This document shows positions 1 through 12,623 of a stretch of DNA of 64,000 nt, in pieces; positions within the stretch are counted from its first letter, which is position 1, and each line of letters begins with the position of its first letter. Below the pieces are notes generated by a model. That model made no database searches. It had not been told where the DNA came from and saw only the letters and a program-made list of their open reading frames with translations. The stretch comes from Octopus vulgaris. Taxonomy: Eukaryota. The stretch lies in contig OX597834.1 in assembly GCA_951406725.2 (NCBI GenBank), forward strand, positions 12,834,001-12,898,000, given 5' to 3'. A program made the translations under genes and the position numbers.

Positions 1-101
1 TTTTGCCGAACCGTTAAGTAACGGGGACGTAAACACACCAGCATCGGTTGTCAAGCAATGCTAGCGGCACAAACACAGACACACAAACACACATATATAT
101 A

Positions 102-139
<38 letters not shown>

Positions 140-310
140 CATATATACGACGGGCTTCTTTCAGTTTCCGTCTACCAAATCCACTCACAAGGCTTTGTTC
201 TGTCCGAAGCTATAGTAGAAGACACATGCCCAATGTGGAACGCAGTGGGACTGAACCCGGAACCATGTGGTTGGTAAACAAGATACTTACCACACAGCCA
301 CTCCTGCGCC
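1..310 (-). mobile_element. tRNA-derived SINE family A, 3' end cut by window edge
   Basis: Reverse complement begins GGCGCAGGAGTGGCTGTGTGGTAAG (A-box-like) ... GGTTCAGTCCC (B-box-like), then an internal TA/CA microsatellite. Same sequence recurs about 17 times in the window. Confidence 0.9.
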
Positions 311-1386
311 TATTATTGTAGTCTCTTTATATATGAAAGCCAAACATGTGTAGTTTTATATGACAGTCATCTTAGAAAATTGTAATCCAACTTTTCGATT
401 TCCTAATCTCATGTTTTGAGTTGTGATGATTTACAACGTACAAAAATGACCAATCGCCAGTAAACATGGAAAGCAATAAATTTTATTTATTTAATTAAGT
501 TTGGCTTAAATGTAAACGCAAGGAATAAACAAACTATGTCTAATAGACAAACTGTTTGGCAGCAATATTTGTTGAGCTTGGCTATCTCAGGAAAAATCTC
601 TGGGAAATATACATTTTATGCAAATCCGTAGTTATAATTACAAATCCGTCATTCAAATTCGGAACGTGTTATTAAAATCGGAAATTAGAAAATTCATTTA
701 TAATGAATCTGAAAAATTTAAGTAAGTATCTTGAATATCTTAGTACATGTATGTTAAACTGTTAATAATACTGCTATCAGTTTTCAATCAATTGTACAGC
801 TCTCATCTATAAATATGGATATGGATGTTAGTATTGAATTAAAATACATTCATATTTGAACGATGAGAAGAATACTGATGACTGATATAAGATATGATGC
901 ATAATAAATATGAATATTTGAGGAGATCTTCACTACAGAGAGGCATTAGAAAAATCTTTGTATATAAATTAAGATGTAATTCATGAAAAGCTTTGGACTG
1001 TCAGTTTAGAAATATGAATTCTGGAATAAAATTATGAAAGTAAATGATGGTCGCTTGTGGGGCTATGCACGTTAAGCACCGTTGCGCCGTGCACCATTTG
1101 GCGATATATTCCCGAACCTACTATGACAACTCGAGCCCCAGTCATTCCAAGTATTTACGAGTTACTTCTTGTTATGCCGTCGACAGGGGACATGTGGTTT
1201 ACCAGAAAGAACCATCAGCCCCACCGGAACCTTAGTGATGATAAGCATGGTTTAACAAGAAAAATCGAAATATACAGCTAAGGATGGTTAACAAATTTCT
1301 TTTGTGCTTCTAATTTAACGAGTAATACACACACAAACACACGCACGTACATATATATATATAATTATATGTGACTGCTATGGTGT

Positions 1387-1454
1387 GGTCACTGATGAGA
1401 ATTTCGCCTAGCAAATTATTTTATTTGCTAAAAATTAGAAATCGAGGTATGACC
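1387..1454 (+). ncRNA. Degenerate type-I hammerhead ribozyme motif (PLE-type)
   Basis: GGTCA-CTGATGA-GAATTT..TAGCAAAT/ATTTGCTA..AAATTA-GAAA-TCGAG-GTA-TGACC. Stem I GGTCA/TGACC is perfect and both core boxes are present; stem II and III closing pairs are imperfect. Confidence 0.6.
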
Positions 1455-3302
1455 GTAAAATAATACGGTAAAAGTTTTATTTATCATTTCCTTCGAAATT
1501 ACTCTTAAATGTGGTTTCGGTCGCTTTCACTGCTTCTTCTAGTTTGTAAAGTTGCCTGTTGAAAGCAGTTTCTGTTGTTTTTAAATGTACACTCTCTCTC
1601 TATATATATATATCTATATCTATATCTATATATATCATGATGAGCATATATATCATGATACGCATATATTCAAATGCAATCATACACACAATCACACACT
1701 TGCAGTCACACACACACATGCATTCACTCTCGGAAACACACGTATAAATGTTTGAAGATGCATATATATAGAACCATGCATGCATTTATACATAATTAAA
1801 TAGAGTCGGCTCCAATGTCGGGTTCCTTATATCATCTGTTGAAGTGCTTTGCAGCGAAACATCGTCTTTATTAATTATTTACTGTTGATAATATCGCTTT
1901 CGAGTCACTGACCCGGGAAATATCATTGCGTTCCTGTTGCAATCCCGTATTTATAGCAATGAGGATATCATCTATTCTTAAACCTGAAGCACATGCGGGT
2001 TGTGTGATAATCGTTAAAATGTTGAACTCACATGTCTCTTGCGAGGATACTGCAGCACCACCCCTTCTTCCTCCACTTCTTCTTTAAGTGACGCATGACT
2101 GAACAGTTTATATTTAGATGCCAAGTTCTCCTCGTTTACCTAATTATTAATGTTTTCTTTTCTAGTATTGTAAAACGTAGCCGACGAAACGCAGGGATGT
2201 CTGCGCGTATGCATTTATGCAGTTAGGTAGACATATACTTTTCTATGTAAGTATGTATATGAAAAAAAAAATGTTTCTTGAAACTTGGATGCCATCTCAA
2301 CTACATTTAATGTTCGTAATCAGCTTCTCGAAGTGGTGTTCAATACAGAGATAGAAATTGTACATAATTGAATTTGTATTATATTATATACTCGTTGCAT
2401 GTATCCACTAATAGTGATCTAAATAGCCTCGGGTAGGCGTTGGAAATAAAATGAACGCTGGGTAGGTGAAATGAGATAGCAGATATGATGAATTACAGAG
2501 ACAGAATTTAGTATGGAAAAGCGTATTATTAGAGTTTTTGTACCACCGAGAATAAATAAGTTTAACATGTCGTGAGATGTGGTTATATTCGTGGAAGACC
2601 TCTCTCTCTCGACTTTTACATGCATTGACATAATGAAAGCAAGGTCTGAATAAATTCGCTCTCCAGATCTGAGCGAAAAAGAATTGAGAATGCAGAATGC
2701 AAGTAAATAATAAAAGAATACGACTGAGCTGATGATGGTTACTGGACGATGTTGAGAATTTGATATTCATTGAAACGTGAACTGATGCCAACCACTGCAG
2801 GTACGTACTAGTTGATTACTTTTAAAACTTTCGCTACGTAGAACATTGTACGTGATTATGGAAGCAGTAAACGGTGCTTGAATGTAACACCAGAGAGATA
2901 TGGAACTGAAAACGAAAATATATATATCGAAAATAGATGTTTTCTGCAGATAATTTTTGTGCCAAATAAGCAGGTTACCTCGATTACTGGATAAATTGAA
3001 TACGATGAAAACATTATTTACAATCTCAGCATGTGAGTAAAAATAAACCGTTGGGAATATAAAGCGTTCAGTAAGTTCTGAATCATTCATTAATTTTCGT
3101 GTGAGGGGAATTGATATTTCCATCAAAATTATTTCTCTCTTCTGTGACATTGTACGCAGTCATATGATAAATAGGGAACATTGGAAAGAAAAGTATTTCA
3201 GTTACCACATGTTATGCGGACGGAGTTCGTATTTAAGATGATTATGATTGTGATTCTGCAATCACATAATCACATGCCTTATAAATCATACGATTCGATA
3301 CA

Positions 3303-3353
<51 letters not shown>

Positions 3354-3846
3354 TGTATGTATATATGTGTGTATGCATGTATGTGTATATATATATATAT
3401 ATACATTTGTATATATGTGTGTATGCATGTATGTGTATATATGTATATATATATAAATATATATACATTTGTATATATCTGTGTATGCATGTATGTGTAT
3501 ATATGTATATATATATAAATATATATACATTTGTATATATCTGTGTATGCATGTATGTGTATATATATATATATAAATATATATACATTTGTATATATGT
3601 GTGTATGCATGTATGTGTATATATATATATATAAATATATATACATTTGTATATATGTGTGTATGCATGTATGTGTATATATATATATATAAATATATAT
3701 ACATTTGTATATATGTGTGTATGCATGTATGTATATATATATATAGATATATATACATATGTATGTATATATATATATTATATATATTAATATATATACA
3801 TATGTATGTATATATATAAATATATATATATATATACATATGTATG

Positions 3847-3877
<31 letters not shown>

Positions 3878-4102
3878 GTATGTATATATATAAATATATA
3901 TATATATATATACATATGTATGTATATATATAAATATATATATATATACATATGTATGTATATATATAAATATATATATATATATACATATGTATGTATA
4001 TATATAAATATATATATATATATACATATGTATGTATATATATAAATATATATATATATACATATGTATGTATATATATAAATATATATATATATACATA
4101 TG

Positions 4103-4146
<44 letters not shown>

Positions 4147-4410
4147 TATATATACATATGTATGTATATATATATATATATACATATAAATATATATAAA
4201 TAATATATTTATATATAAATATATATAAATATATGTATATATATATACATATATATGTATGTATGTGTACATGTATGTATGCATATATATGTATATATCT
4301 ATGTGTACATGTATGTATGCATACATATAAATAAGTATATATATATATGAATGTATGTATATATATATATGTACACAGACACACATATATGTAGATATAT
4401 GCACATATAT
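3303..4410. repeat. Compound (TA)n microsatellite with higher-order units of about 58 bp and about 35 bp
   Basis: Repeated ATACATTTGTATATATGTGTGTATGCATGTATGTG unit, then repeated TACATATGTATG units separated by TA runs. Confidence 0.95.
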
Positions 4411-4899
4411 GTGTCATCCTGTATCTTCAATATTTATCTGACTTCATGCTGTTACAGTTCGATGCTTGTTTATTATCTGAGATTATATTTTTTCAAAAGA
4501 ATTTTGGATGGATATGAAATAGAACAGAAATTATTTGCACATATTTTTTTTCGAAGAAGGAGAGACAGAAAAATCAATATTCTGCAAAATATTATTTTCA
4601 CAGAGCAATGCACGAGATACACGTAAATCTTTGCTCCGACAACTCGTTAGTTTTTCCATTCGTATGTTTATCCTACCAGGAACAAGAATTTAGGTATATA
4701 ACGATTATAGTTTGGCATCGTACCAAAGACTATTATTGCATTTGTCTTTTTGTTTCTTTATTCCTTTTCTTTTATTTGCTTCCTTCACAGTACTAGGACC
4801 ATTCTAATGCATTGCAGCCGAATGTATACACGTTAGAATTATATCTTGTACGTATTTCGCATATAACGTTCCGCGCATTGATATCTTCTTGTCAATGAT

Positions 4900-4978
4900 A
4901 TCGCTTGACAATGATGTTATGTTTATGGTCCCCGTAAATTAGCGATTCGTCAAAAATAGATAGAAAGATAGATGTGTG

Positions 4979-5009
<31 letters not shown>

Positions 5010-5200
5010 ATGTGTGTGTGTGTGCTTGTTTTTGTGTCTTGTGTGTACACACCACCGCTTGACAGCAGGTGTTTGTCTGTTTACGTCTCCGTAACTTAGC
5101 GGTTTGCCAAAAAATCAATAGAATAAATACTAGGCTTATGGATTAAAGAATTCTTCGACAAGGAATTCTTCAAGGCGGTGATCCAGCATGGCCGCAATAA
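4900..5200 (+). mobile_element. Old, diverged SINE-A 3' halves
   Basis: CGCTTGACA..GTTTACGTCTCCGTAACTTAGCGG..AAGGCGGTGATCCAGCATGGCCGCA matches the SINE-A tail; a partial duplicate sits at 4900-4960. Confidence 0.7.
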
Positions 5201-5334
5201 ATTACTATATCAGGTTCTAGAATAACATACTAACTAAGACAGTTTCTATTTCACCGAATACTGTGCTGCAAAATTATTTGATTTTTTTTGTTACCTTTTA
5301 TTGGTTTCAAAAACCTTTAGGCGAATGCATCTAC

Positions 5335-5660
5335 CCCAGTACTTATTTTTTAAGCATAATACTTTTTGGATCTGCCTCTTTTGCCGAAACTCAAGCATAC
5401 AGGGACATAAACACTCCAATACCGGTTGTCAGGTGATGATGAGAAAAACATTGACACAACTCACACACAACACACACACACTCATGCAAATACACGACGG
5501 GCTTTGTTCTGTTTCCATCGACAGAACCCACATGAAAGACTTTGGTCAGCCCGTAGCTATAGTAGAAAGCACTTATCCAAGCACCCAGCAGTGGGACTGA
5601 AGCCGGACCTATGTGGTGAGGTACCAGGCTTCTTATCTCAGAACCACGCGTATGCCTATA
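5335..5660 (-). mobile_element. Old, diverged SINE-A
   Basis: CTCTTTTGCCGAA..CGACGGGCTT..GGTCAGCCCGTAGCTATAGTAGAA..CAGTGGGACTGAA matches younger copies. Confidence 0.7.
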
Positions 5661-5759
5661 TACACAGGAAATGGATTTTATTCTTAGGGAATATTAGCCA
5701 GAACCATCACCAACGCGTAAAATATATAAGATATATAAAATGATTGAGCTAAATCGGAA

Positions 5760-7080
5760 GTAAGTAATCATAGAAGATACTTGATAGGATTAGGAGTGTC
5801 TGTTGCCACTGAAGAAGATTGACGCTATAAGTGTGTGTCAGAAAGCAAAGGAAAAATATGAAAGGCCAAAGTAAAACGAAAGGTCAGCAAATGTTAAGAC
5901 AGCGATAGAAGATATTCGCTAAACCTGGAAAGAAAACGCAACAAAAAATACATGAATGCAATTTTCTTTTGGGATAAGATATAGAGAAATTCTCAGAAAT
6001 GGTGTTATTTTAAGAAAGATTATTTGATGAAAGACATAGATGGCATTATGATGGCAGTTCAAAAATAGGTGAGACGCGCGCGCGAGATGTTACAGGGATA
6101 GTGAAGATATATCTGTTTCTTTATTGCCCACAAGGGCCTAAACATAGAGTGGACAAACAAGGACAGACAAACGGATTAAGTCGATTACATCGACCCCAGT
6201 GCGTAACTGGTACTTAATTTATCGACCCCGAAAGGATGAAAGGCAAAGTCGACCTCGGCGGAATTTGAACTCAGAACGCAACGACAGACGCAATACCTAT
6301 TTCTTTATTACCCACAAGGGGCTAAACACAGAGAGGACAAACAAGGGCAGACAAACGGATTAATTCGATTACATCGACCCCAGTGCGTAACTGGTACTTA
6401 ATTTATCGCCCCCGAAAGGATGAAAGGCAAAGTCGACCTCGGCGGAATTTGAACTCAGAACGCAACGACAGACGCAATACCGCTAAGCATTTCGCCCGGT
6501 GTGCTAACGTTTCTGCCAGCTCGCCGCCTTAATAGTGAAGATATATCGTTGCTCTGTCGATTATAAACTGATACATAAGATACTGTAGCGGATTTACAAA
6601 TCAGATAGCAAAAACATGGAAGAAATAATGAAAACCCTGGAGTCACGACGGTGTTATGTGCATTAATCACTGGCTGATAATGGAAAAATATGGAATGTGT
6701 AAAATCTTAAAAGGTGAGATGGAATGGATAAAGACCAAAGAAATTTATCAGAGAAATTATGAGAGAAAACTTTTGTAGTGACGTGATAATCCTGATACGC
6801 AAGGAGCTAAACGCTTGCGATCAGATTTCATTATGGAATCGCAAGAGACTGGAATGTGGTTGATAAGAGCTTTATTAAAGCTTGCTTAATCGCCCTCATG
6901 ATCAAGAGCATGCAATTAGATAATTGATAATTATTAGCGTTTTAATTGCGAGTTAATAGGCTTTGGGATTACAGGAAGTGAGAGACATTCCTATCAAAAC
7001 AGGGACGCTGTATTCAATGTCTGAATGCTTCGTCTTATTCTGTAGCAATGTTGTTAACAGGAAGACTTCTTAGAGTCTTT
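5760..7080 (+). pseudogene. Heavily decayed non-LTR retrotransposon ORF 3' region, R4/Dong-like, interrupted by a SINE-B dimer
   Basis: Broken frames give LMKDIDGIMMAVQK (cf. L.KETEG.IMAAQ), LCRL, HDGVMCINHWLI..KYG (cf. RHD.V...IHW.L...YG) and IPIKTGTL (cf. IPI..G.LG). Many stops and frameshifts. Confidence 0.5.
6114..6530 (-). mobile_element. SINE family B, head-to-tail dimer with a 16-bp TSD
   Basis: Head AAGGCGGCGAGCTGGCAGAAACGTTAGC, B-box GAGTTCAAATTCC; second monomer restarts at GTATTGCGTCTG. Flanking direct repeat ATAGTGAAGATATATC at 6098-6113 and 6532-6547. Confidence 0.9.
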
Positions 7081-7660
7081 TCGTTTGCGCTCAGTTTGAA
7101 AAGAAGTGTTAAGTCGTGAAATTAATCAGATGAATGAGTCTTTATCTTTCATTATCCTCTCTGTTCCATCATATGCTGGAACATTATATGCACTGTGAGA
7201 ACATTAGTAACTTTAACAATAGAAACAAAACACCGACAGGTAAAGCAAGACAAGGTATAATGTTGAAATGGATGTCTCGAAGACTGTAATGAACAGGTAA
7301 AACAGAAACTGGGGCGAGTTTACTGATTAAAAGTAAACGATTCATATTTGTAAAAAGATCAATTGGAAGAATATCTTTACTGTAAGCAAAATTGGGTTAA
7401 GTAGTATTCTTACAAGGTAATACATTTTAGAAAATGGATTAACTTAAATTACACAAGGACGATAGTCTAGAAACTTTATCGGCGATAATCATACTGAACT
7501 GAACTTCTTCCACTACAATTCGTGCAGATTTGGAGAATGTTGATCAGTTAAAATTCGGCACTATGATGGTTAAAGAAGCAGAGTTAAGTCGGTGGAATTT
7601 TTGAAGAAATAATAAAGATGTTAAAGAAATAATGGCATTATAAAGAAATAATAAATAATA

Positions 7661-8088
7661 GGCGCAGGAGTGGCTGTGTGGTAAGTAGCTTGCTAACAAA
7701 CCACATGGTTCCGGGTTCAGTCCCACTGCGTGACATCTTGGGCAAGTGTCTTCTGCTATAGTCCCAGGCCGACCAATGCCTTGTGAGTGGATTTGGTAGA
7801 CGGAAACTGAAAGAAGCCTGTCGTATATATGTATATATATGTATGTATGTGTGTATGCATTTGTATGTCTGTGTTTGTCTCCCTAGCATTGCTTGACAGC
7901 CGATGCTGGTGTGTTTATGTCCCCGTCACTTAGCGGTTCGGCAAAAGAGACCGATAGAATAAGTACTGGGCTTACAAAGAATAAGTCCTGGGGTCGATAT
8001 GCTCGACTAAAGGCGGTGCTCCAGCATGGCCACAGTCAAATGACTGAAACAAGTAAAAGAGAAAGAGAAAGAGAAATAGAGAAAGAGA
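7661..8088 (+). mobile_element. SINE-A, full length
   Basis: tRNA-like head at 7661, internal microsatellite, tail GGCGGTGCTCCAGCATGGCCACAGTCAAATGACTGAAACAAGTAAAAGA followed by (GAAAGA)n. Confidence 0.93.
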
Positions 8089-9663
8089 ATGTTTAATTGA
8101 GATGAATTTTGTCTGCATCAAACAGAAATTTTAGGTTGAAGAATTTGTCCAATTTACATGTGAACGTAGGCCAATACGTTTGGCAACAGCCATTCTAGTC
8201 GAAGTGTAAATGATTCCATTTTTGAGAGGGAAATTACCCATAGGATGAATATGATACGGGAACAGCAGTGGGGAATAATTACACGATAACAAGCAAAACT
8301 ATACGTTTGAATGTTATAGCTGGATATTTCGCCGACGAAACATACAAATACGTCATACCCTTTGACCCGTGGCCTTCCCAACAGACAAGGTACAGCTAAA
8401 TTTTATACAAATCAAATCATCACATAGAAATTTACGAGACACTGCACGTAATTTAAAGAAACGAAACAAAGACTTCAATATGTGAATGATAAATTTTTAG
8501 CAATGCCTTAGTTCTGGTACTTCATTCTGGTTATTCAATTTGGAATAAATGGAAAAAAAAAAAACTTCATCGAAGTGGCATCTACTTCGCTAAAGTTGCA
8601 GACATAACCGTAAAATATGAGATATTTTCTATAGCGATTCCATTTCTCGTTTCCTGTTTCTTTCATTACCACCGTGAATCTTAGATTGCTTACACATATG
8701 GGCAATAAGTCCCAGTTGTAATTCATTTCTCAATGGCAAAAATTCCAATCGATGAATTTTTAGCGAGTAGATGTTTTTGTTGACATGAATTGGGGTTAGG
8801 TCGGTGTTTGAAATCGTATCGTTGTCAGTTAAACTAGAGAGAGGCAATGAGAGAGAATTGCCTATCCTAAAGAACCTGGTTACAAATAGTGGAATTAGCT
8901 AATAATTTATAAAGACGAACTGTAGTTCTAAGAATAGCGTATTTAACATTCGATAACATAGCTCTAAAAACGTATCGGTTATCTAAATATGAATATCCGG
9001 AAATAAATGTGACTAGCACATGGAGGTTGTAAACTGAACAAAAAAAGTATTCTACAAATAGATAAGTGTCAATGCTTCAAATAAAGCACAGAAATTCGTG
9101 GTAATATGCCAGAAGGTAACACACACACACACACACACAGACAGACATGCACAGACATACACAAGCGCATTGACGCACACACAACGCGCAGAAAACGTGA
9201 CTATTCCCCTGTAGATAATGACACGTTGACAATGTGCCACGCAAAATAAAATACAAAACGGAAGCAAAAGCGGGAACATTACGGAAGAACTCTGATCTGA
9301 GCTTACTTGGGCATTGAGTACACAGAAATAACAAGAACAATACACAAAAGTCATTAGAAAAATACAGCTCAGTACAAATGTAAAACTCGAATAATACTGA
9401 CGAATTCTGAATCAAAAAGATTTAAACACAAATACGTGATGCATTCAGATCTTCATAACATACAACTAATATGTACTTTGTTTTCCCTCTAATCTCTTAT
9501 AAGTACGAGATTTGATTGCAAACAATTCCCATCAAATTGGCACCTTACGGAGGGTGTAACTATGGAACGTATACATAAATCAAAACTCATCAGATTTAAA
9601 TAAAACTATGCTACGTATATCACGAGTAGGTCCAATTTTCCTCAAAAATACAATTGCTAATAT

Positions 9664-9704
<41 letters not shown>

Positions 9705-9707
<3 letters not shown>

Positions 9708-9959
9708 AATACAAACTGGGACAAGAACGCAAAGCATTTAGGAGACGGTACAAAAAACACGGACGGGACATTCGAAGCCTTCAATCTTCAGTCAAGAACC
9801 GGATCATCCTCGCAATTTCGACTGATTAATCTTGAAATTGCTCCAATCTGGCCAGCCCCAAGGAAAAACTAAGCTAAGAGCATTAGATTCCTTGGAAGAA
9901 AGCTTCGAATGTATACAAAACAAGGACAGAAAAACGGACGATGTTACACGAATATGAAT

Positions 9960-9965
<6 letters not shown>
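9705..9965. repeat. Unclassified interspersed repeat embedded in (TA)n
   Basis: First about 125 bp recur at 63540-63665 with high similarity. Internal inverted repeat ACATTCGAAGC / GCTTCGAATGT. Confidence 0.7.
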
Positions 9966-10005
<40 letters not shown>

Positions 10006-10064
10006 CAAAATCAGAAATATTAAATTTCTAAATATCTCATAGAGAAACGTGCGGTGGTGGAGCG

Positions 10065-10390
10065 ATAGAGTGGTTGTATACTGTCAACTTAACGTGACAG
10101 TCCCGTAAGGGAATTACACTACCGCTGTTTAGCCCTAGGAAGCATCGACGCTTCCTGTCGGCCTTGACACATTTCCTGTGTCCTTATACATTTAGGAAGG
10201 GGAGAAACATGCATGTCCCTAGATGCAGGCTTAGCTGTTGGGGTGTTTGTCTCCCCTTCGTAAATATATAAGGACACAGGAAATGTCTTAAGGCCGACAG
10301 GAAGCGTCGATGCTTCCTAGGGCTAAATAGCGGTCGTGTAATTCCCTTACGGGACTGTCACGTTAAGTTGACAGTATACAACCACTCTAT
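10065..10390. mobile_element. Fold-back element 1: about 145-bp inverted arms with a loop of about 35 nt
   Basis: ATAGAGTGGTTGTATACTGTCAAC...GGGGAGAAAC (10065-10208) is the near-perfect reverse complement of 10245-10390. Confidence 0.9.
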
Positions 10391-10472
10391 ATACACACCG
10401 TTCAGTTATTAATGTAATAGCGCAAGTTTAAATTTGTCAAGCCACAAAGCGTATTTAACACGTTGTCCTCTC

Positions 10473-10529
<57 letters not shown>

Positions 10530-10705
10530 CTACTACTACTACTACTACTACTAGTAGTAGTAGTAGTAGTAATGCTACTACTACTATCACTAATAATAAT
10601 AATATTAACAATAATAATAATAATAATAACAACGATAAAAGAAATAATAATAAATATAATGATAAATATAATAATAATGATATCAACAAGAACAACAACA
10701 ACAGG
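10473..10705. repeat. Compound trinucleotide microsatellite (CAA)n(CTA)n(GTA)n(TAA)n
   Basis: Read directly from the sequence; explains the poly-Q/T/C/V ORFs. Confidence 0.97.
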
Positions 10706-12286
10706 AATAATATGCCGCAAATGTTAGAGTCCATAAAATAAGACAAAGGTAGAAATGAAAGAGGGCACAAAGAACAATGCTATAAATTGTGATGCTTACA
10801 CTTCAAAGTCAAACATATCCGCACACACAAACGACTTTTGAAATAGCACGAATTATTGAAAATGAAGAGAGAAAATACTAAGAGATGCATCGCAATCACA
10901 CACAAATATTTATCCAGAATACACCAGTTACTATGAGAAAACCAGGATGAAAGGAAACGAAAACCACCTATTGCATATACTAAAATGATAAGCCGCAACT
11001 AAACAATAAAATGTAGCGCTTGTGAAGCCACGAGGCAGGCAATATGGAAATGAAAACATAAGGGAAAAAAAAAAACGCAAGAGTAAGTTATACACGTATC
11101 ACAAAATAATCCTTAAACGACCATAAAAGTAAAATAATAAAAAAATAACGAAAGGAAATGAAATGAAAGGACTTTCCACACATGAAACTCAAAATAGTGG
11201 AATGTAGAAAATGAAGAGAAAAAGAGTAGGAATTCTGATGTTGGCAATGGTGACAATGTTGTCGGTAATGAAAACAAACAGGGTGATATCTAGTGACGAA
11301 AAATGCATAGTGTGAATATACCGTTAATATAAAATATTGATTCAGTTGAAGTTCAGCTAACGACCAAAAAGATCTATTAGTAACATTAAAGAAATCGCAC
11401 GTGACTGTGACAAAATCAGTGAGAATGTATCTGCGGATATACCTGACCAAAGAATTGAAACAAAACCATCTCTAATCAGCAATGGTTAAATGAAAATCGG
11501 TCCTGTTGGATGTGATTTCCACAAAAGGAAACAGCAATATCATCCCATTAAGAAGCTGAAGACGAAAGCGGTTCTGATATTATCAGAGTCAGCTTCTCAT
11601 AATCGGCGAGAAACTGTAGGAAATAAGATATGATTTGCATATTAAAAGCACAATAGAAAATAACATATCCTTACTTTGTAAAATGCAGATAGGTTTGTGT
11701 ATGAACCGAAAATGCAATCAGAGAACAAACACAAAACAAAGAGGAAGGGACATGGAAATAATATACAACATAAATTAGAGACGTATACCGAAACAAAAAA
11801 GAAAATAAGAAACAGGGAAAGAGCTCATCTTATGGAAATGAAGCTGAATAAGATTGCTTCGTATAGCGGAAAAAGCTTTTATATAGCAATAAATTATTTT
11901 AAGGAAATAGTGAACAATTCTAGATATATCGAATTACACTATCAATATGAATTGGACTATTTTGGGAGATATATATATACAACAAAGGCACTAAGCACAA
12001 TCAAAGCGTATAATGGATTATTAAGGCAAGGATTAAAGACGATTGCAATACGCCAAAGAACCAGGTGTTGCATAAACAAAGCAAAATACACGACGTTGGC
12101 AAATAAAAGATGAAACTGGAAAAGCATTTGGTGTTTGCTCTTACTAAGAAATATAGCAAGTGCGCGTGCTTGTGTAGTGTCAACATTCGCTGTGTTGTGA
12201 AACAGAACAGCGTCAAGATTTCACCGGTTATTTGAATGATATAGCTTTCGCAGATAAGAAACTAACTGAAATGAGAATCGTTAGTG

Positions 12287-12571
12287 GCAGATCAGGCCGA
12301 AAATGTCGCTAGAAGCTAGGATTACCAAGCATAGATTGGCATATTTCGGTCATATTATGCGGAGAAAATCCCTGGAGCAGGACATCAAGCTCGGAATGGT
12401 CAGGGGCAAGAGAGGAAGAGGACGACCAAGAACCCGGTGGCTTGACACCATCAAGAGTGATACCGGAATGGACATAGCCAATCTGAAAGAAGCGGCCCAG
12501 GATAGAACTGACTGGAGGACACTCATCCAACGAGTAACCGAGAGTCGACTTCGACTGAGCGGATATATATG

Positions 12572-12623
<52 letters not shown>

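Noticed and set aside
58-321. Recurring short ORF '[15 protein letters not shown]...' as a gene family
   Set aside because: It is the antisense reading of SINE-A.
1044-1281. GC-richer patch with short ORFs as a host exon
   Set aside because: No recognisable domain and no convincing splice context.
2400-3150. Possible decayed Penelope RT/GIY-YIG coding remnants (also 26300-26720 and 27560-27950)
   Set aside because: Only vague motif echoes by eye; a translated profile search is needed to support a call.
3242-4417. Long Y/I/H/T-rich ORFs here and at 18088, 35718, 41591, 57164 and 61251
   Set aside because: TA/CA microsatellite translations.
9785-9830. CTGAAGA and GAAA on the minus strand as a hammerhead
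   Set aside because: No consistent stem I/II/III arrangement.
10118-10140. Resemblance of TTTAGCCCTAGG and GTTACTG..AGCCC to pistol or twister ribozymes, and of the opposite strand to SECIS
   Set aside because: The required pseudoknot partners, the twister GUYYYAAGCC loop and the SECIS tandem GA pairs could not be found; kept only as an unnamed structure.
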